The notes under the pieces: model-generated
What the model was told of the DNA's origin: nothing
Database searches by the model: none
The model's input: only the letters and a program-made list of their open reading frames with translations
Translations under genes and position numbers: made by a program
Part shown: positions 1 through 9,027 of the stretch, piece after piece
Layout: every line of letters begins with the position of its first letter
How positions within the stretch are numbered: the first letter of the stretch is position 1
IMG/VR virus record: IMGVR_UViG_3300029951_000015
Reading direction: 5' to 3' (one strand)
Source: a virus
DNA: 64,000 nucleotides

Positions 1-328
1 GGTCGGACTTGATCTTGCTGTAGCCAGGGCCGGTATTCAAACCCTTTTGATCTTCACCGGTCCAACGGAACGGAACGCCCATCGAATTGGTGATGGTGAT
101 TGCCGTATTGCCGATGATCTGATCGCCCGTATTCGGAGCGGTCACACCAGGGGTGATGTTCACGGCCTGCGACGCGGGCGTGATCGGCACCAAGATTTGT
201 TGATTCAGCGCTGCCCGTTCAGCGCTGGCGTCCATCGCGACCGAGGGGATAAAACCCACCATTTCACGAGAGACGGTGTCCATCGCCTCGTACAGAGTCG
301 GGAGAAGACCGATGAGAGAGTTTGCCAC
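1..328 (-). CDS. major capsid protein, N-terminal fragment (gene runs off left edge)
   Basis: GTG at 328-326 follows AAGGA. Frame stays open to nt 1 (VANSLIGLLPTLYEAMDTVSREMVGF...). Absent from ORF track because no stop lies in the window. Sits directly after the scaffold gene in the head-gene order. Confidence 0.5.
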   Translation of the reverse strand, partial: MANSLIGLLPTLYEAMDTVSREMVGFIPSVAMDASAERAALNQQILVPITPASQAVNITPGVTAPNTGDQIIGNTAITITNSMGVPFRWTGEDQKGLNTGPGYSKIKSD

Positions 329-352
329 GGTGGGTATATCCTTTTAAAGTTT

Positions 353-1165
353 TTATTCAGTGATCGCGAGTCCGGCCTGTACATGCGCCATCTTCGCCTT
401 CGGTGCAAGTGCATCGAAATCTGCGCGGGAAAGACCTTTGCCTGCCTCTGCCGCAATCCGAGCGGCAGAGGCATTTGCGCCAGAGCCGTTCGCACCCGAG
501 GGTTTCAAAATGTGATCCTTGTTCGCGTAGTTGCCGACCAGCTCCGACAGTGCTTCATCGAAATTAGCCACTTCGCCTGGCCGGGCGCGCGAATAAATCA
601 TGTTGCCGCTGGCGTCGGTGGCCACAACCTTTCCGCCATCCAGCTTGAAATGCTGCCCAAACTTCGCTTGAACCATGTCGGCCGGAATCGCCAGCGACTC
701 AGCTGCGTACTTCGAGCGGGCGAAACTACCGCCAATCATTTCGTTGTGCAGCGTGCCGGTCAGCTGCTCATTCGCCGCTTTCATGGCCGCCAGCTCAGTG
801 GTGTAGCCGGTCTGCGCCGTGGTCAAACGTCCTTCGTATTCTTTCGCCACCGCTGCGCGGACTTCGTCCACGCGGCCGGCGTCGATCAGCTTGCCAGCGT
901 CGATATCCTTCAACGTTGCCAAGGCTTTGCGGCTCGCTACTGGGTCGATACCCTCGAAAGCTGCCAGCTGTTCCGCTGTGGCCTTCAGACTCTGCTCAGC
1001 GGTCTGCTTACCTTCCCGATGCGTCTTGGCTTCTGCGTTGAGACGGGCAATGGTCGCGGCGGTGCCCGGCGCATCGAATGCGATGTCCTTGCCGTGCTCG
1101 TCCACATAAACCGGCTTGCCGTTCTCAACAACCACATGACCATCTGCATCGAGTTTCAAAATCAT
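353..1165 (-). CDS. head scaffolding protein
   Basis: Track ORF 353..1231 trimmed to ATG 1165, which has AAGGA 7-8 nt upstream. MILKLDADGHVVVENGKPVYVDEHGKDI N-terminus, then a long Ala/Glu/Lys-rich helical region. Lies between the MuF-like and capsid genes. Confidence 0.55.
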   Translation of the reverse strand: MILKLDADGHVVVENGKPVYVDEHGKDIAFDAPGTAATIARLNAEAKTHREGKQTAEQSLKATAEQLAAFEGIDPVASRKALATLKDIDAGKLIDAGRVDEVRAAVAKEYEGRLTTAQTGYTTELAAMKAANEQLTGTLHNEMIGGSFARSKYAAESLAIPADMVQAKFGQHFKLDGGKVVATDASGNMIYSRARPGEVANFDEALSELVGNYANKDHILKPSGANGSGANASAARIAAEAGKGLSRADFDALAPKAKMAHVQAGLAITE

Positions 1166-1277
1166 TTTGGAATCCTTACTATTGTTCGGGCAGTCCTGCC
1201 CAGGCACTGTTGCGCATCCGCGCTCCAGCAATTTGACATAATGCGTTCGCCCGCATCATATACCAGCTATTGCACGA

Positions 1278-2276
1278 TCAGGTGTAAATATCGTTCAGCT
1301 TTCCTAACGATATTTGTTTTCCGGTTCGTGACACGAGGTCACGCAGCGTTATTTTCCCTGCTCTGTACAGCGCCGCGCGCCCCACTCCCAGGATCTCGTC
1401 CTGCTCAGTTTTGCTCTTACCATCCAACCACTTCTCGGCGCTAAGGCCGCTCGATGGTTTTCCGTCCATGCTGTTTTCTTCTAGACCCACTTCGGAATAG
1501 TGCCGCATGATCGGAACAGTTGCGCACCTGCATCCGAAGTGAAACGGCGCTCCGCCATTGAACGGCAGGGTCGTTGCGCCCATTGGCGTGCCGTCCACAT
1601 CATACGTTGACCCGTCGTAAGCCAGGCACTGCGCACACGTCCCTGAATCGAGCGTGGCCACTATCTCCAGCCCGAACACGACTGCGCTGTTGGCCTTGAG
1701 CACAGCGTTGCGCGCATCCATCGCGGTGCGTTGCGCGCCCGAGTGGACCAGCGACTCTGCATTATTCAGCGCCGCGGTGAACGGGCTTGTTGGCGCTAAC
1801 AACCTGGCCACCAGCTGCTCCACATCCTCGCCAGCGGTCATGCCGGCGCGAACCGTTGCAACCACCTTAGCCGAAGTGTCGGCCGCCTGAGCAGCCCACC
1901 AATCAGGCACAGCGTGGCCGCCGATCTCCGGGTCGGTCACCGTCAACCGCGGCGTGCGGACCAACTGAGACCCCATCTCTTCGTTGATGGTGGTGACCAC
2001 GAATTTGGCCTCGATCTGCGCCAGCTCCTGCGTCGCGTCTTTCGATGCTGCCGCCAGCTCGGCATACGTGGCGTCTATCTCCGCTCGTGCGGCGGCTATC
2101 ATCTTTGCGTACTCGGCTTTACTGGTTAAGTTCGTGGCCGTGATCAGTGCCACTACGAAAGCCGCCAGTCGGCGCAGCCGGTCTTTGGCGTCGTCCGACA
2201 GGCCGTCCGCGGTCTGGACCAGACGAACTCCGTGGTCAACAAACAGCGCGGCGAGCGCGTCTGATGCGTTAGTCAT
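1278..2276 (-). CDS. head morphogenesis protein (Mu gpF / SPP1 gp7-like)
   Basis: C-terminal CAQCLAYDG...PFHFGCRCATVP motif is typical of the Mu F-like family. Overlaps the portal stop by 8 nt. Confidence 0.7.
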   Translation of the reverse strand: MTNASDALAALFVDHGVRLVQTADGLSDDAKDRLRRLAAFVVALITATNLTSKAEYAKMIAAARAEIDATYAELAAASKDATQELAQIEAKFVVTTINEEMGSQLVRTPRLTVTDPEIGGHAVPDWWAAQAADTSAKVVATVRAGMTAGEDVEQLVARLLAPTSPFTAALNNAESLVHSGAQRTAMDARNAVLKANSAVVFGLEIVATLDSGTCAQCLAYDGSTYDVDGTPMGATTLPFNGGAPFHFGCRCATVPIMRHYSEVGLEENSMDGKPSSGLSAEKWLDGKSKTEQDEILGVGRAALYRAGKITLRDLVSRTGKQISLGKLNDIYT

Positions 2277-3777
2277 TCAGCTGCGCCGCTACCGAGCTTG
2301 GTGGCGTCCTTGGCGGGTTCACTTGCGGAGGTGGCATGAGTGCCGCTTGCGGTAGCGGCTGCGATTTGATCCGTTCCTGCTCCATTTCCCACGTCACGTT
2401 GGTGTCGTACACGTCGCGGCGCTGCATTGCTTCGTAGAACGACTGCTGGGACAGCATGCCTGTCGTCGTGATCTGGAACAGCAGCGCTTCCTGGACTGCG
2501 TCGTCGGCCGCCAGCAAGAAGTCCTTGTAGACGATCATCGTACCCGGCTTTCCTGCGACCGTTCCCCAACGGGCCATGACTCCAATGACCTGATTCAGCG
2601 TGTCCTCGAAAACGCCCGTCAGCGACTGCAGCTCCGAGCGCTGCTGGCTCGTATCGAGCGTGGCCTGCGTGGCCGTAGCCTGCCCTGGCTTCTTCACGAG
2701 CATCTCTGCACCGAGTAAGCGCATTTGCTCTTCAAGGTGATCTATCTGCGTCTGGCCAGATCCGACCGCCTTGCCTGAGTGCTCAACAAACTTGGCTTCC
2801 GCTCCTGACGGCAGCATTAACGCAGACTTCGCCGCTACCGTGAGGGGAGCCGTTCCGTCATCGTTTTTCTCAACCCCAGTAACTGTGAGGATCGGCACGG
2901 AAGCCGTATGGAGTACTGAATAAAGATCAGACGAAACTTGCCAGTGTTGGATGTTGATGTCGGCTATATCGATCAGCGGCGACTCGGCGGTCATAAACCC
3001 CGTGCGCCCCGTGTAGAACGTGATGATCGGAATCGCCTTCATCGAAGTTACGCCCGAATTCACCTGCTTCCAGACTTCGTTCTCGGTGTCGAACTGCCAG
3101 ATTGACCATTTCCCTGGTTCAAGCACTCGCACCTGTTCAATCGTCTTTACGGCAAACGGACCTACATTGACTTCGACGTGCTCCAAGATCCGCAACTGGG
3201 TCAGCGTCTCGACTCCGTTGCTCTTGTCCGAGCGCCACCCCAGAATCATTTCCGGATGGACATGAATCAAGTACGGCCGAGCGTTGATCGCTTTTTCCTG
3301 CGCGAGCGTCTGGATACCTTCCGTTGTCGGGTAGTCAGTCAATACGTGAGTCAGGCCATACCCGAGCGCCGTGGTGAAAAGCTCCTGCGCGAAAACGTGC
3401 ATACTGCGGCCGGTTAAGTCGATGTTCTCGAACCACTCGACAATCTCCGCCGGCATATCATTCGACCAGGACACAGGCCGCGTGAACGGCTTTCCGCCGA
3501 GGCCAGACACCGTATGAGCAAACGCATTGAACAGCACCGAGGTCTTTACCCGATACTGGTAATCGTCCGGCTCTTCCAGCCGCCATTTCGGCAAATACGT
3601 CACGCCCGCATTCCGCATGGCATTCGTGCCGCCGAGCAGCGTGGTGACCTTGTGCCAATTGGTCCGCATGTCCATGACGGCTTGCGACGGTGTACGCACG
3701 TCGTTGACATTGCTCTCCAGCTGCCCCTGAATCTCTGGAGTTACGCCTTCCGCGCTTGTGGGTCCGATCAACGGCAT
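2269..3777 (-). CDS. portal protein
   Basis: 502 aa, immediately after terL with a 1-nt TAATG overlap. Size and position between terminase and the MuF-like gene fit a portal. Confidence 0.65.
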   Translation of the reverse strand: MPLIGPTSAEGVTPEIQGQLESNVNDVRTPSQAVMDMRTNWHKVTTLLGGTNAMRNAGVTYLPKWRLEEPDDYQYRVKTSVLFNAFAHTVSGLGGKPFTRPVSWSNDMPAEIVEWFENIDLTGRSMHVFAQELFTTALGYGLTHVLTDYPTTEGIQTLAQEKAINARPYLIHVHPEMILGWRSDKSNGVETLTQLRILEHVEVNVGPFAVKTIEQVRVLEPGKWSIWQFDTENEVWKQVNSGVTSMKAIPIITFYTGRTGFMTAESPLIDIADINIQHWQVSSDLYSVLHTASVPILTVTGVEKNDDGTAPLTVAAKSALMLPSGAEAKFVEHSGKAVGSGQTQIDHLEEQMRLLGAEMLVKKPGQATATQATLDTSQQRSELQSLTGVFEDTLNQVIGVMARWGTVAGKPGTMIVYKDFLLAADDAVQEALLFQITTTGMLSQQSFYEAMQRRDVYDTNVTWEMEQERIKSQPLPQAALMPPPQVNPPRTPPSSVAAQLND

Positions 3778-5186
3778 TAGATATTCAGTCCTGTGACAAC
3801 CATTGTTTTGCGCTTGGTGCTGCAGCGATATCGCAGCACATCAGCGATGTGGTCCTCGGCTTCTGTGTCGAGGTCACCATCTTTTGCTTCGTTCCGGGGC
3901 AGGACTGGCAACGTGCGGATTGTATGCCCGCACGTAGCAAAAACATAGAGTCCTGGCAGTTCATTTCCTTTACCTTGCTGCAACATCTTTCGGAGTACTT
4001 CCCAACCATTCTTGCGACTGCCGGGCGACTTGTCCGATTTCGTCCAACGGATATAGTTCGGCGCACGCGCCATGTCGTCCGCAATGCTCGTGTTGTTGAT
4101 CACGTCGCTGATCGCGTTGTCGGCCGGCCCCGGATGCACGATGCGACGCATCTCCACGTCCCGCTGCCGAACACCGCGAGCAATCTCGGTGTTGATCATG
4201 CGGCAACCCTCGTTCGGCTTCCCGTTCCAGCCGTACCATTCCGAGATAACGAAGATGGAGCCGCGCGGGAAGTGACGCATTGTGCCGTCAGCCAACACAG
4301 CAGGTGTGCCGTCCGACTCCGCGAACCAAAGGACAGCGAATGGCTTGGACGTGCCCCAGTCAAAGCCGCGGTCGATACGCCAGCTCTGAGGTATGGTGAA
4401 TGGCTCCAGAACGTGCTTTGCCCGCTCCCACACGTCATCAAACATCCCACCTGCTACGATGTCCCAGTCGCCGTCGCGCATGGCGCGGATCAGCGATTCG
4501 TTGCCCAGCCCTTCCAAACGCTCTATGTAATCCGGATCGGTCTCAGCCAGCGTCGGGTTATCTGACAGTTTCGCGGGGATGTACTGGCGCAGCAGGCCGC
4601 CCTCCTTCTTTGTCTGCTTGCGGATTGTCATGGGCGAAGCCATGTCGACGAATGCCGCCTTTACCCAGTTGTGGCCCATGCCGCCTGGGTTCGAGCCACT
4701 AATCACGCGAGGGAACCTGCCCTTGTACTCGTCCGGCACGCGCAGCGCTCCGAGCCGCATCCGGCCGCGCAGGTAGCGATAGATCGACTCGGTAAAGTGA
4801 GTCAGCTCGTCAATCATGAGGACGTGTATTTCCGCACCTTGGTACTTGTATTTGTCTTTCTCGTACTGGCAGTGACATAGGAAAATCTTCGCGCCGTTCC
4901 AAAACTCGATGTAGTTCTTGCCGTAGTTGATCTTGCAGTGCTTGCTATCCACCAGCTCTTTGAGCAGCATCGGAAAGCCGGTCACGCCTTCCATGTGGTT
5001 CTTAGCCAAGTCGTCCGACAGCCTGCGGAAGATGTAGACCTGCAAGCCCGGAATGCCGAAGCACCAGATGATCGCGGCGCAGCGCATCAGGTGCGACTTT
5101 CCACCTCCGGCCGCTCCACCGTAAAGAATCTCCGTGGCGATGCTGAGAAACGCGTCTGTCTGCCGCTTGTGGAGATTTAAGTCCAA
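3777..5186 (-). CDS. terL: terminase large subunit
   Basis: TTG start with AAGGA upstream. Walker A GGAAGGGKSH, Walker B-like VLMIDELTH, and a C-terminal nuclease-like half. 469 aa. Confidence 0.85.
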   Translation of the reverse strand: MDLNLHKRQTDAFLSIATEILYGGAAGGGKSHLMRCAAIIWCFGIPGLQVYIFRRLSDDLAKNHMEGVTGFPMLLKELVDSKHCKINYGKNYIEFWNGAKIFLCHCQYEKDKYKYQGAEIHVLMIDELTHFTESIYRYLRGRMRLGALRVPDEYKGRFPRVISGSNPGGMGHNWVKAAFVDMASPMTIRKQTKKEGGLLRQYIPAKLSDNPTLAETDPDYIERLEGLGNESLIRAMRDGDWDIVAGGMFDDVWERAKHVLEPFTIPQSWRIDRGFDWGTSKPFAVLWFAESDGTPAVLADGTMRHFPRGSIFVISEWYGWNGKPNEGCRMINTEIARGVRQRDVEMRRIVHPGPADNAISDVINNTSIADDMARAPNYIRWTKSDKSPGSRKNGWEVLRKMLQQGKGNELPGLYVFATCGHTIRTLPVLPRNEAKDGDLDTEAEDHIADVLRYRCSTKRKTMVVTGLNI

Positions 5187-5214
5187 AGTTCCTTAAGTAT
5201 TTGTTAAATATGTT

Positions 5215-5272
5215 TAGGATTACTATGTTTAGCATTCCTGATGAATAGTAGTGCTACTTTTCAGTAATCCTA
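5215..5272. promoter_or_regulatory. 10-bp inverted repeat pair in the AT-rich terL leader
   Basis: TAGGATTACT (5215-5224) and its exact complement AGTAATCCTA (5263-5272) lie in the ~100-bp AT-rich gap upstream of terL. Confidence 0.3.
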
Positions 5273-5285
5273 TTTGTTCGTGATC

Positions 5286-5711
5286 CTAATTATTTTTATC
5301 GTGAATTTTTTGCTTGAGCAAATAACCTTCCAACGCCCAAATCTTTTCGCGCGCATTCTTGCGAGCGATGTCGCGGCCAATCTGCGGGTCGAAGTTCTCC
5401 GGACTCGCACAGGCGCTCTCCCCGGTCACGGTGAACCCGTTGCGGAGCACGATGACGCAGAAGGTGAGCAAGTGCAGTGGGCTTGCTGGACACGCGTGAC
5501 CGGCAAGCGTGTCCACGTCAGAATACCTCTGGTGCAATTCGAGTCTCGCCATTGCACCTTCAACACCGTGCTCAGCCGTGAAGAAATGCTCGCTGAAAAT
5601 CACCGCATCGATATGGGCCGGCGTAACGCGCGGCGCAATCTTCCCTGCTTGTACGATTGCGGCTTCGGTCAGCTGCTCACCGGTGCGCGACGTGGTGGCG
5701 ACCATGTTCAT
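5286..5711 (-). CDS. Gp49-like phage protein (N15 gp49 family-like)
   Basis: LTFCVIVLRNGFTVTGESACASPENFDPQIGRDIARKNAREKIWALEGY resembles the remembered hallmark of that family. ATGA overlap with the upstream gene. Confidence 0.45.
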   Translation of the reverse strand: MNMVATTSRTGEQLTEAAIVQAGKIAPRVTPAHIDAVIFSEHFFTAEHGVEGAMARLELHQRYSDVDTLAGHACPASPLHLLTFCVIVLRNGFTVTGESACASPENFDPQIGRDIARKNAREKIWALEGYLLKQKIHDKNN

Positions 5712-6124
5712 GCTTCGGCTCCGGCCGGCAGCTCACCGGTCTCGATGTACTTGGCGAGCTTGTTGACGCTGACCATGTAGTCCTGAAGGGCGCGGCCTGT
5801 CGGACTCAGGATGGACAGCGCTTGATTGCGAGCTAAGCGGCTAACTTCGGATTTTGTTTCTTGTTTTTCCGCCTGACCTTTTTGGAACGACATCCACTCT
5901 GCGTATGGGCCGCAGGGAGCGATAGCGTCGTCTTGCAGTAGCAATACGCTGGTCCGCTCGTGCTGGCGTCCGTTCTGGTTGAAGACGCTGAGATTGACCA
6001 TGTTGTCGCTCCACACGTACGTGACAATGGCTGCGAGCGGTTGGGTAGCGTCGTGACGAAACAAGTCAGCATCGCCCTCGTGCGGAGTGTAGAGGACGAC
6101 ACGGCCTGGGGTCGGTTTGATCAT
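5708..6124 (-). CDS. hypothetical protein
   Basis: 138-aa ORF co-oriented in the terS-terL block. Its stop overlaps the next start (ATGA). Confidence 0.5.
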   Translation of the reverse strand: MIKPTPGRVVLYTPHEGDADLFRHDATQPLAAIVTYVWSDNMVNLSVFNQNGRQHERTSVLLLQDDAIAPCGPYAEWMSFQKGQAEKQETKSEVSRLARNQALSILSPTGRALQDYMVSVNKLAKYIETGELPAGAEA

Positions 6125-6151
6125 TTGGGTTCCTGGGTGATTAAGTGTTTG

Positions 6152-6403
6152 TTAAGTCGGTATGGCCTGCATGTAGTTCATCCGAATCAGCAGCAATTTC
6201 TGCTGCGCGCACGCCAGTAGTTCGCTCGCATTCTTGGGATCTGCGCCACCAAAGCCGAAAATCGGTAGCGTCATTGCTTCGAGCACAACGACTGCGGCAG
6301 CGACCTCGCCATAGTTCTCTGCCTCGATATCGTCGGCCAGCTTGCGCAGCTGCCCCGGCACGTCTGTTACGGGCGGCTTGTCGCGGATAGCATGAACGGA
6401 CAT
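6152..6403 (-). CDS. hypothetical protein
   Basis: Track ORF 6152..6511 trimmed to ATG 6403, which overlaps the upstream stop by 1 nt (TGATG). Confidence 0.4.
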   Translation of the reverse strand: MSVHAIRDKPPVTDVPGQLRKLADDIEAENYGEVAAAVVVLEAMTLPIFGFGGADPKNASELLACAQQKLLLIRMNYMQAIPT

Positions 6404-6630
6404 CAAAAATCTCCTGGAGCGTTGACAGGCTTGGTTTTCGGCTGCAACTCGAACTCTTCGAACGCCGCGGCGAAGTTGCCGGTTTCCTTGTCGAGCAGCA
6501 TGAAGTCGCACTTGACGCGCGCCGGCTCGCCTGCCTCCAGGACGATCTCCAACTTGGAGACCAGGGGCGGCAAGCCGAGCGCTTTGATAAGTGTTTGTGA
6601 AATAGCTTCGGACGTGGCGAGATTACGCAC
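6403..6630 (-). CDS. hypothetical protein
   Basis: 75-aa ORF overlapping the terS stop by 8 nt, co-oriented. Confidence 0.45.
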   Translation of the reverse strand: MRNLATSEAISQTLIKALGLPPLVSKLEIVLEAGEPARVKCDFMLLDKETGNFAAAFEEFELQPKTKPVNAPGDF

Positions 6631-7348
6631 CTTGTGGGTCCTGCACGACCTGCTGCGGAGTAGCCGTCGCGCCGGCCAGCGTCACGTTCAGCGTCGGTCC
6701 GTTGCTGGCGATCTCGCCTGAATGCTCGACCTTATCCTTGAACATGCCGAGATGACGGCCCAACAGCTCCAACACCTTGACCTGGTCGTGGGTCTTCATC
6801 TCCAGGCCATCGCGCCCGGCCTTGACGCCGGCATAGAGCATTTTCGCGCCCTCCCCCATCTTGCGGGTGTCTTGCGCGTGGATCTCGCCCTTACCCTCGC
6901 CTTTGCACTCCGGGCACGCGGGATTGGGGTCTCGGTCCCTGCTGTAACCGACGCCGCCCGATTGCACCGGCTGCGGCCAGCTGCGCTTCGCCGCCTCTTC
7001 GCAGGCGCGCTCGTACTCGGCGTCAGTCCATTGGTAGCGATAATTGGTGCCGTAGCAGTACCGGCACGCGGTGCGGCGGTACTGTACGACCTCATTGACA
7101 TCAGTGGTGGCGATGGCCCACAGCCGGGCTACAACCTCGTCCTGCGTAGGCTCAAGACGCTTGGCGCGCTTCTCGACCAGGTGGTTGATGTAGCTCTGGA
7201 CATGCTCCAGAACAATCGTCGTGCAGGCGGCCGAAGACGGGTCCGCGTAGCCGGCGCGGCGCGCCGCGGCGGTCATGTTCAGGTCGAGGACGTATTCCTC
7301 GGCAAACTTCCGCTGCTTCCCCGTGAACAGTCTAAAATCGTAGCCCAC
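6623..7348 (-). CDS. terS: terminase small subunit with internal zinc-ribbon insertion
   Basis: N-terminus FTGKQRKFAEEYVLDLNMTAAARRAGYADPSSA and C-terminal KVLELLGRHLGMF match the Terminase_2-type small subunit. The middle carries CRYCYG...CPECKGEG. Confidence 0.75.
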   Translation of the reverse strand: MGYDFRLFTGKQRKFAEEYVLDLNMTAAARRAGYADPSSAACTTIVLEHVQSYINHLVEKRAKRLEPTQDEVVARLWAIATTDVNEVVQYRRTACRYCYGTNYRYQWTDAEYERACEEAAKRSWPQPVQSGGVGYSRDRDPNPACPECKGEGKGEIHAQDTRKMGEGAKMLYAGVKAGRDGLEMKTHDQVKVLELLGRHLGMFKDKVEHSGEIASNGPTLNVTLAGATATPQQVVQDPQGA

Positions 7349-7383
7349 TCTGCACGTCCCTTTGTGTATACTTGCTAGTCACA

Positions 7384-7402
7384 TAGTTCGGACTCCGAAC
7401 TA
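7384..7402. promoter_or_regulatory. 19-bp perfect palindrome upstream of terS
   Basis: TAGTTCGGA-C-TCCGAACTA lies 36-54 nt upstream of the terS start. Confidence 0.3.
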
Positions 7403-7534
7403 ATACAGGCGCGACGGTATCACGCGCCAGCCAGAACAAAAAGGGGGTGTAGGGGGTGCCGGAACGGCGAGGACAGCTACACGGTCACCATCCAAGCCAG
7501 CATTCCAGCCGTGTAAGCATTTTGTTTATTTATT

Positions 7535-7687
7535 TTATTTCTTTCGATCGTCTGTACCATAGTGGTCTTTCGTGTCACTCTTTAGCTTATCAGCACGACT
7601 GTATGACGAGCTATCACCCGAGCTGTGACCTCGTGGATATGCTTGTGTGGCATACACTATCAGCAATGCAGCTATGAGGTATCGCAT
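7535..7687 (-). CDS. small secreted peptide (putative)
   Basis: ATG 7687 with AAGGAACAAAGG upstream. MRYLIAALLIVYATQAYP looks like a signal peptide, followed by a Ser/Asp/Lys-rich tail. 50 aa. Confidence 0.35.
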   Translation of the reverse strand: MRYLIAALLIVYATQAYPRGHSSGDSSSYSRADKLKSDTKDHYGTDDRKK

Positions 7688-7716
7688 GGCCTTTGTTCCT
7701 TTGTGGGTGAAAACAC

Positions 7717-7775
7717 AGAATAGCATATTTATAGTTTTTTGTTGCACGAAAACGCTTTGTACAGCACTATTTGTT
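7717..7775 (-). promoter_or_regulatory. minus-strand copy of the family promoter box with a degenerate palindrome
   Basis: Minus strand reads ACAAAGCGTTTTCG-TGCAAC-AAAAAACTATAAATATGC-TATTCT. It points toward the small ORF, terS and the head genes. Confidence 0.4.
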
Positions 7776-7916
7776 CGATAACTTTCATTATGTAAACGAT
7801 ATTTTACACACACTTATCGAGCATATAAACGTTATTAATCAATGTGTTATGTGTTATATAGTGTCATTCTTAACAAGTAATTCACTGCAAAACTTACACA
7901 TACAAGGTTATCAATC

Positions 7917-8405
7917 ATGGAAATCTGGCGCGACGTTCCCGACTACATCGGCCTGTATCAAGTAAGCGACGATGGCAATGTGCGCAGTCTCAAGCGATTG
8001 AGTAATGCAGCGACCGCGGAAGGTATCAGGACTACTAAACACCTATTGAAGATTGGATCAAACAACAAAGGACGATTGCAGGTAACGCTATGCAAGCTAG
8101 GCGTCACCAGGCGGTTTCTGCTGCATCGTCTGGTGCTCGCAGCGTTTGCCGGGCCTTGTCCTGAGGGTTACGAGGGCTTATTCAAATCCGGCGATGTGAC
8201 CGACTGCAAAATCAGTAATTTGCATTGGGGAATTCGCACGGCTCGCGATGCTGGCGAAACGTCACCCCGCGCCAAGCTTGCCGAACAGGACGTTCGAGAC
8301 ATCCGCATATCGACGGACAGCGGCCGTGACCTTGCAGCGCGCTACGGCGTGTCGCAGGTGTCGATCCACCACATCAAAACCCGCGTCACGTGGAAACACA
8401 TTTAG
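7917..8405 (+). CDS. HNH homing endonuclease (NUMOD4 N-terminus)
   Basis: WRDVPDYIGLYQVSDDGNVRSL is a NUMOD4-type motif. RFLLHRLVLAAF is an HNH_3-like core. Locally lower GC. Confidence 0.8.
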   Translation: MEIWRDVPDYIGLYQVSDDGNVRSLKRLSNAATAEGIRTTKHLLKIGSNNKGRLQVTLCKLGVTRRFLLHRLVLAAFAGPCPEGYEGLFKSGDVTDCKISNLHWGIRTARDAGETSPRAKLAEQDVRDIRISTDSGRDLAARYGVSQVSIHHIKTRVTWKHI

Positions 8406-8443
8406 GGGTTTATACTTACTTGTTAGCAAGTATAGAATTATGG
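8405..8443 (+). promoter_or_regulatory. early promoter box, copy 1 (divergent spacer)
   Basis: GGGTTTATACTTACTTGTTAGCAAGTATAGAAT shares its first 22 nt with the boxes at 8949 and 10415. Starts right after the HNH stop. Confidence 0.4.
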
Positions 8444-8579
8444 TCAAATTTGGGCGATTTCCTGGATTTGTACGCTCCCTTGCAGCTCACTAATACCGGC
8501 TACTTGCGACAGGCCAGGATTTTACTGGCCTCGCGAGACACGGTTTTTAACGATTTTTTCATCTTTTGGAATCCTAAAA

Positions 8580-8765
8580 ATGAGTGGAAAGGAAAGAAGC
8601 AAAACTCAGCGGGCACTAGACCTGCTAAGGGCTAACCCCGGAGTTTCGCAATACGCAGCGGCTAAGGCTATTGGCATTCACGAATCCGTAGTGTCCCGCG
8701 CTGTAAGGCGCGAAGCTGAGAAATTGAAATCAAAAGACGAGGATTCAAAGAATGAGCAAAACTAA
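8580..8765 (+). CDS. small HTH DNA-binding protein
   Basis: 61 aa. QRALDLLRANPGVSQYAAAKAIGIHESVVSRAV has a helix-turn-helix pattern. Confidence 0.5.
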   Translation: MSGKERSKTQRALDLLRANPGVSQYAAAKAIGIHESVVSRAVRREAEKLKSKDEDSKNEQN

Positions 8766-8949
8766 ACAGGCACTCGCAATCCTCAAGAGCGAGCCGGATA
8801 GGTCCGTCGCATCTGTCGCAGACCAATTAAAAATCTCTAAGCGAGTGATCTACACGGCTCTAAAGGTGCGTCGGGATACCGCGCACCTGCGCTGCCTGAC
8901 GTGCGATCAGATTTTGCCTTACATGACGCACGCGGCACAGAAAGACTAG
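8752..8949 (+). CDS. small HTH DNA-binding protein (paralog of 8580..8765)
   Basis: KQALAILKSEPDRSVASVADQLKISKRVIYTAL aligns with the neighbouring gene. The two overlap by 14 nt. Confidence 0.5.
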   Translation: MSKTKQALAILKSEPDRSVASVADQLKISKRVIYTALKVRRDTAHLRCLTCDQILPYMTHAAQKD

Positions 8950-8996
8950 GGTTTATACTTACTTGCTAGTAAAACTATAAATACGGTATTATTAGT
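8949..8996 (+). promoter_or_regulatory. family promoter box, copy 2
   Basis: TTGCTA (8963-8968), 18 nt containing AAAACTATAAATACGG, then TATTAT (8987-8992) and TAG. Confidence 0.55.
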
Positions 8997-9027
8997 TCTG
9001 TTAGCAACCAACCCCTGAGACCCGAAA

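Noticed and set aside
47-1444. 465-aa plus-strand ORF spanning the capsid, scaffold and MuF region
   Set aside because: It is antisense to three minus-strand genes that have recognisable motifs and proper RBS and overlap structure. It crosses their boundaries, has an Arg/Cys/His-rich low-complexity composition and no RBS. This is a typical GC-driven shadow ORF.
3756-4565. 269-aa plus-strand ORF inside terL (the same applies to 6722..7378 inside terS)
   Set aside because: Both are antisense to the terminase genes, which carry the clear motifs.
7456-7677. 73-aa plus-strand ORF in the switch region
   Set aside because: It has no RBS and a His/Ser/Cys-rich odd composition. It overlaps the small minus-strand signal-peptide ORF, which has better support.
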